Notes under the pieces: generated by a model
Database searches by the model: none
What the model was told of the DNA's origin: nothing
The model's input: only the letters and a program-made list of their open reading frames with translations
Made by a program: the position numbers and the translations under genes
NCBI GenBank assembly: GCA_039586365.1
Contig: JBDHKN010000092.1
Location: 1-18,008, forward strand
Direction: 5' to 3'
DNA length: 18,008 nt
Origin: Gemmatimonadota bacterium
GTDB lineage: Bacteria > Gemmatimonadota > Gemmatimonadetes > Gemmatimonadales > GWC2-71-9
Part shown: piece by piece, positions 16,579-18,008 of the stretch
Layout of the letters: every line of letters begins with the position of its first letter
How positions within the stretch are numbered: the first letter of the stretch is position 1

Positions 16579-16670
16579 GCCGGCCGCGGGGGACCGCGGC
16601 CGGCAGCTAACTGCAACGCGCCAGGGCCGAATCGCACGCAGAAGCTACGGCTGCAGACCCGATGTGGCTA
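16579..16670 (-). promoter_or_regulatory. Candidate promoter TAGCCA-N17-TAGCTT (16642-16670) and perfect 11-bp leader hairpin (16579-16604)
   Basis: GCCGGCCGCGG-N4-CCGCGGCCGGC lies between the -10 element and the RBS. Confidence 0.45.
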
Positions 16671-16805
16671 GGACAGGATCGCACCTAGCGTCTGGGCCCT
16701 GGCGAGGAAGAGCCTACTCGATCAGCTTTCAACAGTGAGCATCTCGGTAGGCGGTGACGTCCTACGCCTGTACGACGTCTCGTGTCGGGTGGAGTGTCGG
16801 TCTAG

Positions 16806-17051
16806 ATGTCGTCTAGCAGGAAGCATTCAGATAGCCATACCCTGACTCCTTACTCACGGGAAGACGAGGCGCGCATCCGCGCCAGGGCGAAGAACCCGGA
16901 TCTGGCGCTTGTGTGTCCTCTGTGCGTCGCCTCACTTTGCGTTGGCCCTCCAATCCAAGAAGGCCAGCACATGATTCGGCTGCTGGCATGTCCGATCTGT
17001 CGACGGTGTCTCAGGATCAAGGACATGCCCGAGAGACGAGAACTGAAGTGA
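16806..17051 (+). CDS. Small Zn-ribbon protein (CPxC...CPxC)
   Basis: CPLC and CPIC motifs. Paralogous to the N-terminus of 995..1606. GTGA overlap with the ferritin-like gene. Confidence 0.7.
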   Translation: MSSSRKHSDSHTLTPYSREDEARIRARAKNPDLALVCPLCVASLCVGPPIQEGQHMIRLLACPICRRCLRIKDMPERRELK

Positions 17052-17485
17052 CAACGGACAACCGGACTCTGATTGAGGACCTCGACGACGATCTAGCCGG
17101 AGCACTTCGCGCAATCATCCAGCTCATCATATATGCAGCCAAGGCTAAGGGCCGCTACGGACAGCGGCTCACGCAATTCTTCCTAGCAGGGATTCCTGAC
17201 CAACAGGCGCATGCTCAGTTTCTTGCCAAGGTGATCGTGGTGCTAGGAGGTGATCCGACGACCCTCCCGCGGGCGGTTCCTCGGGCCAGTACAAATCGGG
17301 AGATGTTGGAGGCCGTGCTGGCAACTCAACGGCAAACGGTGCAGGATTATGGTGAGCGGGTGAGGGAAGCTCGGGAATTCGGTCATCAGGCGCTCGCCAA
17401 GAAGTTGGAGGAAATGTTGCGGGAGGAGGACGTCCACGCAGCGAGAACTGAGCGGATCCTTCGTGACTGGCGGCTGCAGTCGTAA
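17048..17485 (+). CDS. Ferritin-like/bacterioferritin-family protein with degenerate ferroxidase centre
   Basis: 'DLAGALRAIIQL..YAAKAKG...FFLAGIPDQQAHAQFLA...LGGDPTT...LEEMLREEDVH'. The GTG start overlaps the upstream stop. Confidence 0.8.
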   Translation: MTTDNRTLIEDLDDDLAGALRAIIQLIIYAAKAKGRYGQRLTQFFLAGIPDQQAHAQFLAKVIVVLGGDPTTLPRAVPRASTNREMLEAVLATQRQTVQDYGERVREAREFGHQALAKKLEEMLREEDVHAARTERILRDWRLQS

Positions 17486-17517
17486 GCGCCTCGCCTGACG
17501 GTCGTACCTTAAGGAGG

Positions 17518-17610
17518 ATGAAGAGATGGGCGACGACGTTATTGGGCTTGTCCTTTGTTGTCATCGCGGTCTGGGTGCTTGTCCGCTTTATGAAACGGAA
17601 GAGGAAGTAG
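17518..17610 (+). CDS. 30-aa single-TM peptide with basic C-terminus (below ORF-track cutoff)
   Basis: MKRWATTLLGLSFVVIAVWVLVRFMKRKRK. AAGGAGG abuts the ATG, so SD spacing is poor. Confidence 0.5.
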   Translation: MKRWATTLLGLSFVVIAVWVLVRFMKRKRK

Positions 17611-17695
17611 ACCAACCGCAACCACGGCCGAGGCACTCTCGCCGCGGGCACCAGTCTTGGAGGTAGATTCATCCTGTTTTCATCTGGTTCTATAG

Positions 17696-17902
17696 ATGCC
17701 CGAATACTGCTATCACTGTGGCGGTGAGTTGGAGGAGGGCGTTTCGCGGCAACTCGTCCCTACCGAAACCGCGCCAGCCGATCCACGACCCGGTCGGCCC
17801 TGCTGCTGTGAAGAGATCCCTGACAATACGGGGGAAACACTCCGCATCAGTGACCCCATCATAGCTGATTGGAACCTGGCCGAGGACGATGAGAAGGACT
17901 AA
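17696..17902 (+). CDS. Small Cys-rich acidic protein (CxxC...CCC)
   Basis: 'YCYHCGGEL...RPCCC', with an acidic C-terminus. Confidence 0.5.
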   Translation: MPEYCYHCGGELEEGVSRQLVPTETAPADPRPGRPCCCEEIPDNTGETLRISDPIIADWNLAEDDEKD

Positions 17903-18008
17903 GAGTGACAACCAATCGATGAAGGAAGAGGACTCACCGTGGGCCTCTCCAACATAGATGAATGGCGCTCATTCTGTGCCGAAGCCAGCAAGTCCCGGCA
18001 GCCGTCTC

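Noticed and set aside
1..18008. CRISPR array, retron or IS110 bridge-RNA system
   Set aside because: No regularly spaced repeats, and no reverse transcriptase, Cas or IS110 recombinase gene is visible in the window.

Overview
GC-rich bacterial accessory region made mostly of small genes. The gene style (PadR plus ADOP-type duplicated permease, DUF4440 lipoproteins, many Zn-finger microproteins) suggests Gemmatimonadota or Acidobacteriota, which is inference only. The left half has two DUF4440/SnoaL-like proteins, Zn-ribbon proteins, an RcsF-like lipoprotein and a minus-strand module: Crp/Fnr regulator, palindrome, YgaP/DUF2892 pseudogene, cytochrome-c-like lipoprotein, then a CxxCH beta-barrel protein. 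It also has a small GIY-YIG-like protein and a holin-like membrane protein. At 8004-8056 is the 3' half of a tRNA-Leu(CAA) broken at the anticodon loop, which looks like the att scar of an integrative element lying to the right. The right half has PadR plus ABC permease, an RRM protein, an ERR-repeat peptide, a SAM methyltransferase, an IS3 end remnant truncating a second GIY-YIG-like gene, a GlsB/YeaQ-like protein and a ferritin-like protein with a degenerate ferroxidase centre. The most notable signal is two homologous copies (about 12269-12475 and 15262-15405) of an unrecognised promoter plus two-hairpin small-RNA cassette, with conserved stems, one compensatory base-pair change and completely different loops. 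All family calls are from motif recognition; no database searches were run.
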